DNA of 64,000 bases from a virus: positions 1 to 64,000 of IMG/VR virus record IMGVR_UViG_3300023179_007063; one strand, written 5' to 3'. A program made the position numbers and the translations under genes. The notes beneath the pieces were generated by a model that saw nothing but the letters and a program-made list of their open reading frames with translations, did not search any database and was not told the origin of the DNA. Below, piece after piece: positions 17,601-26,618 of this stretch (positions within the stretch are counted from its first letter, which is position 1; each line of letters starts with the position of its first letter).

Positions 17601-18797
17601 TCAAGTACGCGCGAGAGTAGATAGTGCCTCTTCGCCCGCTGCAACGGTCTTTCCAAGGTTAGCAATCTCTCCGGCTTCTTTGCTAGCATGTCCAACGACA
17701 TGTCCTGCTGTGTGTGCCACATCACTCACAGAAACTCCGACCTCTTTTGCAGCAGATAGAAATTCGTGGACGCTCTCAAGAACTTCATCAGCAGCCTCCC
17801 AGAGTATAGCGACAACGACGACGAACTTGAAAGCCTTCAAGGCGGCGTCTCTAGTCTCTCTATCATTCTTAAACTCTTCAAATGAAAGAGGCTTTTCTGA
17901 AGCAGCCATCAGAGCATCGACTTGACGTCCCTTCTTCTGCAAGAATTTTTCAATTCTACCTTCTTTCTCCGGAGCATTCTTTGCCTTCTCTCTCTTCTCT
18001 TTGAAGGTAGGTATTGCTTCTTGTGCTGCTTTGTCCAATTTGTTATCTAAGCTCATGGTTAGCATGAAGGCTCGATACGCAGCGTACTGCAAAGGTAGCG
18101 GAAAGAGTATCTTGTCTGTTATGAACTTCTCTATCTTTTCAACAGCATGTTCGGCTTTTTCAAAGAGATCATGAAGACCTTCTAGACCCAGCATCTTAGC
18201 AAGTTTAGCTGAAAGCTTAAAGCCAAACTCGAAGATGCCGCATATTCCAACGAATATCTTTATGGAAGATACCCAGACTGATATGGGATCTACAAACTCA
18301 ACAAGTAGTTGTTCGTTGAGTGAAGCACGCTCAGACTTCTGTAGAGCCTCTTCTTCTGAAAGAATGAAAAACATCTTGAACTCTTCAAGACTGAAGCTTT
18401 CTTTGACAGAAGCGCCTGACTTAGCTAACTTACTCACGTTGCCCTTGTTGACAGTTGCAAGAGCAGATGTGGCGTCAGAAAGAAGAGGTGACTGGGAAAC
18501 GATGTCCTTAAGGGACGCACCACCCTCCTGCTTCTCGAGGAACTTAAGAACTGGGTTAGACTTCTCGTGAAGCTCCCTCAGCTTTTGAAGAGATCCCTTG
18601 AGCTTCTCGAGCAACTGGTCTGCCTTCTCGGCAATTGCTTTCTTTGCTTTGTCACCTAACTTCTTGAAAGGAGCTTTGAGAGAATCGATGAGTCCTTCGT
18701 CAAGTATGCCTTCATTCATCAAGTGTTCTCTTGCGAGCTCGTCTCTAATGAGCTTGCGAAGCTTTGCTTCTGTGATGGCAGAACGTGACTTTGGCAT
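17601..18797 (-). CDS. Hypothetical, probable virion-internal protein with hydrophobic helices
   Basis: ITEAKLRKLIRDELAREHLMNEG N-terminus; ATATTTA 5 nt before ATG; hydrophobic segments. Confidence 0.65.
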   Translation of the reverse strand: MPKSRSAITEAKLRKLIRDELAREHLMNEGILDEGLIDSLKAPFKKLGDKAKKAIAEKADQLLEKLKGSLQKLRELHEKSNPVLKFLEKQEGGASLKDIVSQSPLLSDATSALATVNKGNVSKLAKSGASVKESFSLEEFKMFFILSEEEALQKSERASLNEQLLVEFVDPISVWVSSIKIFVGICGIFEFGFKLSAKLAKMLGLEGLHDLFEKAEHAVEKIEKFITDKILFPLPLQYAAYRAFMLTMSLDNKLDKAAQEAIPTFKEKREKAKNAPEKEGRIEKFLQKKGRQVDALMAASEKPLSFEEFKNDRETRDAALKAFKFVVVVAILWEAADEVLESVHEFLSAAKEVGVSVSDVAHTAGHVVGHASKEAGEIANLGKTVAAGEEALSTLART

Positions 18798-18818
18798 GCA
18801 CCTAAATATTGACAGAGT

Positions 18819-19802
18819 CTAAATCTTGAGAGAAAACTGGGAGGCACGCTGTAGCTTTGTTAGAATGCTTGACTCCCACGTAGGCTCAGTAGCATCTTTC
18901 AAGGCAGACTCAATCTCGCTTCGAGACATGCTTCCAGGATCTCCCCATGGTCGGATGTCGACTACCTTGACATCGATGTTGTACTCCTGAAGCTTCTTGG
19001 AGATCTTCGGGGTCTTTGAGTGCCACATATCACCGTCGAGTGCCAGCCAGACAGGTGTGCCATTTAGAAGAATCTTGTTGAAGAGCTCGTGACGTTCATC
19101 TAGATCTGATCCTAAGAGAGCCGTAGTGTTATCTGGGCATTTCACAAGATCGAAGGGCCCTTCAACGAGCATCAGTCTCTTTGACCAGTCAATATTAATC
19201 TCATTGAAGACGATCGGGTTCTTATCGACATCGGGATTGTCGTACTTTGGCTTTCTATCCTTATCGATCGCTCGTGCCGTATAGTAGTTGAGTTTTCCTT
19301 CTACGTCAAAGGACGGCATGATGACACGACGCTTCCACCTTGCATCACCAGATATGCCAAACTTGAAATACCAGGCATCTCTATCGTCCAGTCCCCTAGA
19401 ATACACATATCGCCACATAGCCTTGACGTCAGGATCACCTTCGGACGCAAGGGCGAGGAGTTGAAAGTCGCTTGGAAGCTCAAGGCGCTTCTCTTCGACT
19501 TTTTCTCCTGTGATGAGCTGGTTGCTGCTGTCGAGGCCGCCAAACACCTCTCTGTACTTGATCAGTTGAGATTCTGTTCCGTATTTGCGTATGAGAGGAG
19601 CAAGTGATCGAGCTTTGAAGCCGCACACCCAACAGTGGCACCTGTCGTCAGCCGTGAGGATTGCCAATTTCTTTTTTGTAGGATCTGACGGTGCACATAT
19701 GGGACATCGGACGTCGAAGTTTCGACCGTTCTTGGCAAGATGGCCCTTGCCAAAGACTGACTCAATGAAAGTCAACTTATCTGTGATGGAATGTATTCCC
19801 AC
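18819..19802 (-). CDS. DNA primase (zinc-binding + TOPRIM)
   Basis: CPIC...CHCWVCG, RVIMP...YYTAR, PKY, LVEGPFD, LALDGD. Confidence 0.9.
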   Translation of the reverse strand: MGIHSITDKLTFIESVFGKGHLAKNGRNFDVRCPICAPSDPTKKKLAILTADDRCHCWVCGFKARSLAPLIRKYGTESQLIKYREVFGGLDSSNQLITGEKVEEKRLELPSDFQLLALASEGDPDVKAMWRYVYSRGLDDRDAWYFKFGISGDARWKRRVIMPSFDVEGKLNYYTARAIDKDRKPKYDNPDVDKNPIVFNEINIDWSKRLMLVEGPFDLVKCPDNTTALLGSDLDERHELFNKILLNGTPVWLALDGDMWHSKTPKISKKLQEYNIDVKVVDIRPWGDPGSMSRSEIESALKDATEPTWESSILTKLQRASQFSLKI

Positions 19803-19814
19803 AGAGTAATGATA

Positions 19815-20390
19815 TTATACTCTTGCAGGAGTGTTCACAAGAAAAGCTGCACGTGCGATCACGTATGCATCTGTCATGTCTCTCGAAGCATCGATAGGCT
19901 GACCGCTCTTCTTCGTCGGCCACACGATGTGCTTCAAGTCGTTCTCAGACATGTGTTTGAAGACCTGCTCTTTGTGGCTCAGCCCAGCGACCGCAGTCTT
20001 CTGTAGCTTTACACCTGATAGCTTTCTTGCTGATGCTGCAGAGATGTAAGTGGGATCGACGTTGAAGAGGGATCTACCGATGTACGAGACGATCCCATTG
20101 AATCTCATCAATGTCGTGATAGTAGAGGCGGAAGACATACCCTTGGAAAATCCCAAGAGAGGTTCTTCAAGTGCAAAGATTGCAGGAGTTTCACCCATCT
20201 CGGTTACGTGTCGTAGAAGCTCTCCTCTGACCCTGTCTGCCTTATCGAAGAAAGTATTGCACTTCTTGAAGTCGATGTAGTCAATTCTTGTGATGTGAGA
20301 ACCCATAGCGTCGGGAGGTATGTCTGCATCGATTACGCAGACCCCAGTGCAAGACGTAGAAACATCGAGTCCAAGAACTAGTTTTGACAC
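19815..20390 (-). CDS. RuvC-like Holliday junction resolvase
   Basis: LGLDVSTSCTG, ALEEP, KEQV, DMTDAYVIA. Confidence 0.85.
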   Translation of the reverse strand: MSKLVLGLDVSTSCTGVCVIDADIPPDAMGSHITRIDYIDFKKCNTFFDKADRVRGELLRHVTEMGETPAIFALEEPLLGFSKGMSSASTITTLMRFNGIVSYIGRSLFNVDPTYISAASARKLSGVKLQKTAVAGLSHKEQVFKHMSENDLKHIVWPTKKSGQPIDASRDMTDAYVIARAAFLVNTPARV

Positions 20391-20396
20391 AAAGAA

Positions 20397-20425
20397 AAGG
20401 TACGACGGTGGGGACGTAGGTAAAT
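20397..20425 (-). promoter_or_regulatory. Early-type promoter ATTTAC-N17-TACCTT, leaderless spacing
   Basis: -10 at 20397-20402 is 6 nt before GTG 20390; no SD sequence. Confidence 0.5.
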
Positions 20426-20826
20426 CACAGAAGTCCCAGGGACTTCATCTCAACTTCCGTTATGATCTTGTATGTGTAGCCCATCTTGTCGCACCAGCTC
20501 TGTGCTGCAACAGCCTTCTTCTTCACTGCCGCCTGTTCTAGCTTTCGCTTTGGCTTCACTTCCAGCACTTCTACATGACCGTCAGAGAAAGTCACCGTAA
20601 AGTCTGGGTAATACCTTCGGATCTTTTTAGTTCGAATATTGGAGATGTACTCTATGACGGTTTGCTCATAAGACCAAGTCGACACGTCTATGAGAGAGTC
20701 CAGGTAGACCATCATCTTCTCCTCCCAGCCGCTGCGATACTTGCACACTTGACCTGTTTTCGTGGAAGTGTATTCGCCACGGTGGTAGTGACCTTTCCTT
20801 TTTCGCTTCTTCTTAGGTCTGGGCAT
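20425..20826 (-). CDS. TnsA N-terminal/T4 gp4-like head-completion nuclease
   Basis: YRSGWE, WSYE, RYYPDF, LEVKP...K; compact 133 aa with no accessory DNA-binding domains. Confidence 0.8.
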   Translation of the reverse strand: MPRPKKKRKRKGHYHRGEYTSTKTGQVCKYRSGWEEKMMVYLDSLIDVSTWSYEQTVIEYISNIRTKKIRRYYPDFTVTFSDGHVEVLEVKPKRKLEQAAVKKKAVAAQSWCDKMGYTYKIITEVEMKSLGLL

Positions 20827-21804
20827 TCAGAGAATTCCCATCTGCTTGAGCTCATCTTTGGTTAGTATCTTGTATTCAGAGATTTTCTCTGATTCACAGA
20901 ATTTGATTGCGGCTTCAGTTTTTAGCTGGCATGCGCGTGTCGACACAAGCTCTCTGGGCTTGATCTCCCAGATCTCTTTTCTTCCGTCCACATATTCCAC
21001 AAGGAAGTCGGGAACGTACCAGCGTTTCTTATTCTCATAGTAGTACGGTATTCTTAGACACTCATAGTTCCAAGTGGTGACGTCATTGTTGAAATCGAGA
21101 TGTTTCATCGTCTCTCGTTCCCACGAGGACCTAAACCTGTGTTCTCTTTCGGTCTTGATAGACTTACGGTCTCCGCAAGCGTGATTATTCTTTCCGTATT
21201 CCTTCAATGTCCCATCGATCATCTTCCTCGTGCGAGTCTCAGACATCTTGTCTTTCGACTCCTCTGTGTGGTTCTTTCCGAACATCCCATTCTTCTCTCC
21301 GACGGGAGGATTGAGATGCTTCATCTCTCTGAGGTGAGCCTTCGTCTCTTCGGTATGATGCTGTCCCTTGAAATTAGGAGTCCACCCAGATTGGGACATC
21401 CGATGACGAACATCTTCACGTATCTTCTGCCATGACGCTTCTGTGTGCATCGCTGACGTGTTCTGTGCATAGAGCTCGGGATGCGAAGACCTGTATGTGC
21501 CATAACAATTTCTACTGCAGGTCTTTCCCCATTTTCTCTCTCCGCCGATCTTTCGTATTCTCATCGACTTTCCACATGAAAGACACGAAGACTCGATGAC
21601 CTCTGCGCCGTAGCCACCAACTCCTCCTCTGTGTGAATAGTGGCACTTCAGGGAACAGAAATGTGTCGGGGAATCATGCGTTGACTTGAGCCATTTCCTC
21701 TCGAACATGACTCCACATCCGTCACATTTGAGGACGAGAGCACGTGGAGGATTACCTGTTGCCTTGGCGTGTTTACGTGGTAGATCTTTGATTTCGACGA
21801 CCAT
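20827..21804 (-). CDS. Homing-endonuclease-like protein: Cys-rich repeats + NUMOD3 repeats + TnsA/gp4-family nuclease
   Basis: CDGC..FCSLKC, CLSC..TCSRNC; GQHHTEETKAHL and GKNHTEESKDKMS; FRSSWE..YVPDF..WEIKP. Confidence 0.82.
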   Translation of the reverse strand: MVVEIKDLPRKHAKATGNPPRALVLKCDGCGVMFERKWLKSTHDSPTHFCSLKCHYSHRGGVGGYGAEVIESSCLSCGKSMRIRKIGGERKWGKTCSRNCYGTYRSSHPELYAQNTSAMHTEASWQKIREDVRHRMSQSGWTPNFKGQHHTEETKAHLREMKHLNPPVGEKNGMFGKNHTEESKDKMSETRTRKMIDGTLKEYGKNNHACGDRKSIKTEREHRFRSSWERETMKHLDFNNDVTTWNYECLRIPYYYENKKRWYVPDFLVEYVDGRKEIWEIKPRELVSTRACQLKTEAAIKFCESEKISEYKILTKDELKQMGIL

Positions 21805-21832
21805 GTAGATACATATCTAATTGGTGCTAAAC

Positions 21833-24397
21833 CTACCAGTCAAAAGCTACCTTGAAGAGGATCTTATCGGGCTCACGCTTTATGATGGGCTGCGCTAGTT
21901 TGGCTTTTGCGACAACGTTCATGTTCTCATCATGGAAGTACATGCCGCTGATGTAGACGAAGCTGTCCTTATCGTTTGGATTGCTTGAGGCTTTTAGAGT
22001 GTCTTTATTGTCTATGTAAGACTGGTTGGACGAGGAATTTAACAGACTCTGTGGTGCTAGTATCTCATACTTGGTGCTGTAGACGTGCTTGATACCTTTG
22101 AACTCTATCTCATAGCTGTCTTTACCAAAGAAGTTGAGGTGTGGGTTCTTGATGAGAACGAGTCCCTCGTTGTAGAAGATGTTACCGACAGTGTTCTGCT
22201 TGTTTGTAGGAGTATTCGAGTCGTCTCTGTAGAGACCTCCAAAGCCGTCGTCCCTGAGAGTTATCCCGATTCTACCGTACGATCCTGACAAGCTTGAGTC
22301 TCGTATCACGAAAGTTCCTGGGCTTATCTTGTTACCGTAGTAGAGGTTGCTGATGTTAAATATCGTGATCTGATCGGATGAGGGATCTTGCAGTCGCTTG
22401 TAGATCGTCAAGGGCACGCCCTTTTGAACACCCCTGTCGCCAGGCCAGTCACTTCCTTCTCCAGCTGTAAAGCCGGCGAGGTATTTCTTATAGGCGTTGA
22501 CTGCAGCTCCTGGCTGATATCCAGGATTCTCTGGTGTGGGGCCGATTATCTGCTGTTGAAAATCTTCATAAGTGGCATTCTCATCGTCAGAAAGAGACCG
22601 ACCTGTTCGAGCAGACTCCGTGACGAGGTTGTCGAGACTTATCTTCGTCTCGTCAAAGTAGCCGTACTGGTCTACGAACTTATTGAGAAGCTTCTCGTGA
22701 CGTAGTATCTCATAGTTGGGGCTGTACATACCGTCGTCACAGGGAAGAATTGTCAGGTTTCTCTTTCGTGCTTTTTGATCGTTATAGACGAAGTAGTTTG
22801 CCTCAAGCGCGTCTGTGGTGTAGTCGATAACCGAGGCAGTGAGGTGAAGAAGACGAGGAAATCTATTGCTAGCGAAGTCTTTAACAAAGTTCTCTAGATT
22901 TATGTAGTGTCCACCGACTCCGAACGCCATGGATACATTGAAGGGATCGTCAGTTGTTCCATTGAAAGCATAGAAGGGCGTCTGCAAGACACCGCCGCCT
23001 GATCCGTCTCCAATGTCTCTTCGGATTGGAGTGTCTTCTACGAAGTACGGCGGTAGGTAGAATGCTATGTCTCTCTCGTAGATAGCTTCAGATCCCGGCC
23101 CTGTTGAACTCGTAGCAAATACTTCAACATTCGACATGTAGTATCTACGAATCATTAGATCGTGGATCTCTGCCTTGAGAGGATGTCTAAAGTATGTGTG
23201 ATCAGGATCGGGTGCCTCTTCAGATGTCAGTGCAACAACTCCATCTCTCAAAGAGTTGTTTGCAGAAAAGAAGTACTCCTGACTTGCACTTCCTGTATTA
23301 TATCCTTCATAGAAATTACCAACGCATAGTACGCTTGGGTCTTTTCTTGGAAAAGTGTATGTTTTCGGTGTAATAGAGCCGGAAGGAACGACAAAATAGC
23401 CCTTGTTCTGTCCGTCAATGACGAAAGATCCTGTTCCATTATTGATAAGGTTTGTTCCCCACCTAACGACGACGTGGTGCCAGTTGTTCCACGTTAGGCT
23501 GTTGTCATCAGAGAGAAATACGAGGTCTCTTGGGTACGGACCAGGAATTACAGATGAGGGCGTATAGTCTGCACTATGACTCAACTGTAGCTGAAGCCTA
23601 AATCCTACAGGAAGCCCATTGTGGTCTTTGAGAGAGCCTGTCACGAGTGACAGAGCATAGCTAGAAGATAAGTGAAATATCGTCCCAGCTTTGAAGTGAC
23701 CAAAGTCAATGTCGTCCCTATTGTAGCGGGGATTTATGTGAAAATCAAAGCTGAAAGAACCAGACAGACAGTAGCTTCCTGATGCTCTACCAGCTGCGGC
23801 AACACTTGTGTCGGAAATGTTTGGAAACAACAGAACTGAAGAAGTCGGAACGAGTTGCGTATAGACGACCGAATTTCCTGGGCCGAGAGAGGAAGAACCT
23901 ACACTAAAGAAGTTAAGTGAGTGATAGTTGTTATATGACCAGTCGAGATTTGAATACTGATGTCGATAGAAATCAAATAAGTTATTCTTGATGATGTTCT
24001 TCGTTAGCGTATTTCGAGTCAGCTTAGGCGTCGGTGTGATTCTCGTTATCTCTAGAACTTGGTTTGGCTTCGTCGGAGTCGACTTGACAAGGTCGAAGTA
24101 CTGAGACATCACCGATGATATATCTTTAGACCCTCCAGAGCTACGTCTGTTTCTGGCACTCGTCAAGATGTTCTGATACTGAGTATCAAAGTTGCTGTCT
24201 GCTACTGGGTCTGGTTTGTCGTTAGTATCATCGAAGACTCTTCTGTAAGATGTTGTCTCTTTCTCCACGGAAGACAGGCGCGAGAAGACTTTTACAGAGC
24301 CATCGACACCGATGGAACTTGAGGTGAAGGTCCTGTATGGTGTCGTGACTATTGTTGATGTCTCAAAGCTGTCTGAGCTTACGTTTATTACAGACAT
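21833..24397 (-). CDS. Virion structural (tail/baseplate) protein with LamG-like segment
   Basis: WHHVVVRW LamG-like motif; VGNIFYNEGLVLI; C-term VAKAKLAQPIIK...FKVAFDW resembles the C-terminus of the next gene. Confidence 0.7.
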   Translation of the reverse strand: MSVINVSSDSFETSTIVTTPYRTFTSSSIGVDGSVKVFSRLSSVEKETTSYRRVFDDTNDKPDPVADSNFDTQYQNILTSARNRRSSGGSKDISSVMSQYFDLVKSTPTKPNQVLEITRITPTPKLTRNTLTKNIIKNNLFDFYRHQYSNLDWSYNNYHSLNFFSVGSSSLGPGNSVVYTQLVPTSSVLLFPNISDTSVAAAGRASGSYCLSGSFSFDFHINPRYNRDDIDFGHFKAGTIFHLSSSYALSLVTGSLKDHNGLPVGFRLQLQLSHSADYTPSSVIPGPYPRDLVFLSDDNSLTWNNWHHVVVRWGTNLINNGTGSFVIDGQNKGYFVVPSGSITPKTYTFPRKDPSVLCVGNFYEGYNTGSASQEYFFSANNSLRDGVVALTSEEAPDPDHTYFRHPLKAEIHDLMIRRYYMSNVEVFATSSTGPGSEAIYERDIAFYLPPYFVEDTPIRRDIGDGSGGGVLQTPFYAFNGTTDDPFNVSMAFGVGGHYINLENFVKDFASNRFPRLLHLTASVIDYTTDALEANYFVYNDQKARKRNLTILPCDDGMYSPNYEILRHEKLLNKFVDQYGYFDETKISLDNLVTESARTGRSLSDDENATYEDFQQQIIGPTPENPGYQPGAAVNAYKKYLAGFTAGEGSDWPGDRGVQKGVPLTIYKRLQDPSSDQITIFNISNLYYGNKISPGTFVIRDSSLSGSYGRIGITLRDDGFGGLYRDDSNTPTNKQNTVGNIFYNEGLVLIKNPHLNFFGKDSYEIEFKGIKHVYSTKYEILAPQSLLNSSSNQSYIDNKDTLKASSNPNDKDSFVYISGMYFHDENMNVVAKAKLAQPIIKREPDKILFKVAFDW

Positions 24398-24424
24398 GCA
24401 TCTCCTTTAGAGACTTGGCGACCA

Positions 24425-25735
24425 TCAGAAGTCAAGTCTGACTCTAAAAGTGAGATCTCTGCTTGAGTTCTTCTCTACGGGTCGACTGAGCTTGGCAACA
24501 GCAACTAGTACGTCTTCAGAGTCATACAGTCCTATTGTTGTGACATAAGAGAATGCGTCTTGTAGGTCTGAAGGAACTCTAGTGTCGTTTATAGACAAGA
24601 CTCCAGTTGAGTCGTAGTATGTCGGATTTGAAGAGTAGTTGAAGAGATCTGGTGTCGCTCTACAGAATATCAAGCTTGAGTTGATGTTGGTAACATTCTG
24701 GAATGTGATGGCTGTCTGTCCAGGAATATTAGATTGTCCGCCGAATCTCGCCGTACAAATGTGATCAACTATGTTATCAATGCTCGCTGAGACCAAGAAG
24801 TCTGGTATGAACTTTGAAGTCTTATATGTCTCTGTTCCAGGTCCGCCGAGGACTGTGGTTCCATTCGGTTCTCTCATAGCCGAGATAGTGCCTGACATAA
24901 ATTGAGATCCTGATGTAACTTTTGCCAAGTCGAAAACTGCAACTCCTGCATCATAGAACATCAGACCGACTGCGCGAGACGTGGCAGCAGCATCAACCAG
25001 GTAAGAGAACATTCCACCTTGAGCAAAGTATCTTGAAGCCTCTCCTCCACCGACGTCTGTATAGATGACAGATCCTGATGAGTAGTCGTTTCCGGCTATG
25101 TTTTGGACTCCGTCTTGGTCGAGAGAGGGTGGATATGAAAGCTGAGCATCAGTGTTTCCAGTTTTGCTGACGAACGAAGCTGTCTGATAGAACCGCATTG
25201 CGAACGTCTCTCTCTTGATCTGATCTCGTGCGAACAGACGTTTGAAAGCCATGAACATCGCTGCGTCGATCTTGTCTTCGTTCTGGTTTGCCAGTACATT
25301 ATTGGCATCAACAGGGAGTGAGAAGGTCTGATTTCTATCTCCAAGAAGTATCTGTGCAAATTGACTGTAGATGTCTGTCTTCTCCCTCATCATGAGCGAG
25401 CTGCTGGGATACAGATATTTTCCGTAAGTGTCTGGTGCACTTGACTTTGCTTTGTCTGCAATGCCATTTGTGATTACTGTGGGAGGAGCAATTCCAACAG
25501 TTATGTCAAACATAGGATTTGCAGACTGTAGCGTGAAATCGTTGTCATAGACTGTCTGAAACAGAGACGAAGTGACACCGGGTCCGATTCCACCTGTCAC
25601 GAACACCTGATATTTTCTGCGTGAGATAGAGGCGCTAATGTCTGTCTGTGGAACATCGATAAGCTGGTTCAAGAAGGACCGACGGCTAGCTATTGATCCG
25701 TTACCTGCTGTACTTAAGTCTGCGTAGATTGTCAT
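24425..25735 (-). CDS. Virion structural (tail/baseplate) protein
   Basis: FNYSSNPTY...YVTTIGLYD...VAVAKLSRPVEKN...FRVRLDF C-terminal motif of large-phage structural proteins. Confidence 0.72.
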   Translation of the reverse strand: MTIYADLSTAGNGSIASRRSFLNQLIDVPQTDISASISRRKYQVFVTGGIGPGVTSSLFQTVYDNDFTLQSANPMFDITVGIAPPTVITNGIADKAKSSAPDTYGKYLYPSSSLMMREKTDIYSQFAQILLGDRNQTFSLPVDANNVLANQNEDKIDAAMFMAFKRLFARDQIKRETFAMRFYQTASFVSKTGNTDAQLSYPPSLDQDGVQNIAGNDYSSGSVIYTDVGGGEASRYFAQGGMFSYLVDAAATSRAVGLMFYDAGVAVFDLAKVTSGSQFMSGTISAMREPNGTTVLGGPGTETYKTSKFIPDFLVSASIDNIVDHICTARFGGQSNIPGQTAITFQNVTNINSSLIFCRATPDLFNYSSNPTYYDSTGVLSINDTRVPSDLQDAFSYVTTIGLYDSEDVLVAVAKLSRPVEKNSSRDLTFRVRLDF

Positions 25736-25756
25736 TGATTTGTCTCTCTGCTGCTT

Positions 25757-26524
25757 TTAAGTGTTCTGTCTTATCGATATCTTGAAAGTACTACTTATGC
25801 TCGTGTCACCTGCAGACCTGACAGTCACGTAGGTGTCTACTTGTCTTGAAGTACCGGCTGTTGTCGTCTTCTTGCCATAGATGCTTAGTGTAGTGGAATC
25901 TAGCGGAACACTCGTTAGCTTGAACTGAACAGTCTCAGCAGCAGTCTGCGGTGTTGCGGTGTAGATGAACGTCTGTGTCAAGTTAGGATCGTCTTCGGCA
26001 GCCGAAGTTCTCGCAGCTCCGACAGTGCCATACGTAGCATTATCCGTGGAGATAGTCAAGAATCTAGTAGGAACGATGATGTCATAAGTCTTCTGAGCTC
26101 TAGTCGAACCGGTCGAAGTCGAAATGTTTGTATTGCCATTATACTTCAGCTGCACAACGACTGTCAAGATGTTTGTACCGCCTTGCGAAGTAGTGTCGAT
26201 GAGCTGAGACTGACCCGTCTGTAGCGCAAGCGTTACAGACTTCGTTGTGTCGAAAGTCTGTGCTGTGTCAGCTCTTGAATAAAGTCTATACTTTAAAGCG
26301 ATATTCTGATTTGTGCTAGCTTCGAAGATGGGCGTGTTCTTCTCTATCTTCTCTTTTCCAACAGCGCGACCGTATTTCTTTATGATTGTATAGTCGACTT
26401 CATCGTCTCCGAGAGCAAACTTCGTGATACTGAGCGACTTGTTCTGAGACAGCTTGCTGCGACCAGCATCTGTAAGAACGGCGTCAAGTATCAAGTTGTT
26501 AGTTGAGTGGTCGAGTAGTCCCAT
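25757..26524 (-). CDS. Virion structural (baseplate-like) protein
   Basis: N-term LILDAVLTDAGR...ITKFALGDDEVDY...TPIFEA. Confidence 0.7.
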   Translation of the reverse strand: MGLLDHSTNNLILDAVLTDAGRSKLSQNKSLSITKFALGDDEVDYTIIKKYGRAVGKEKIEKNTPIFEASTNQNIALKYRLYSRADTAQTFDTTKSVTLALQTGQSQLIDTTSQGGTNILTVVVQLKYNGNTNISTSTGSTRAQKTYDIIVPTRFLTISTDNATYGTVGAARTSAAEDDPNLTQTFIYTATPQTAAETVQFKLTSVPLDSTTLSIYGKKTTTAGTSRQVDTYVTVRSAGDTSISSTFKISIRQNT

Positions 26525-26618
26525 TGTGATTCCTCTGATACGTTCAATTATACGATCTGATGCAAAACTAGACTAATATCTTGGAATGTAACTCGATAAG
26601 AAGACGCATAAAGGATCA

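Noticed and set aside
20425-21804. TnsA-like genes as a Tn7 transposon
   Set aside because: No TnsB/TnsC/TnsD genes or terminal repeats; architecture fits gp4 and free-standing homing endonucleases.
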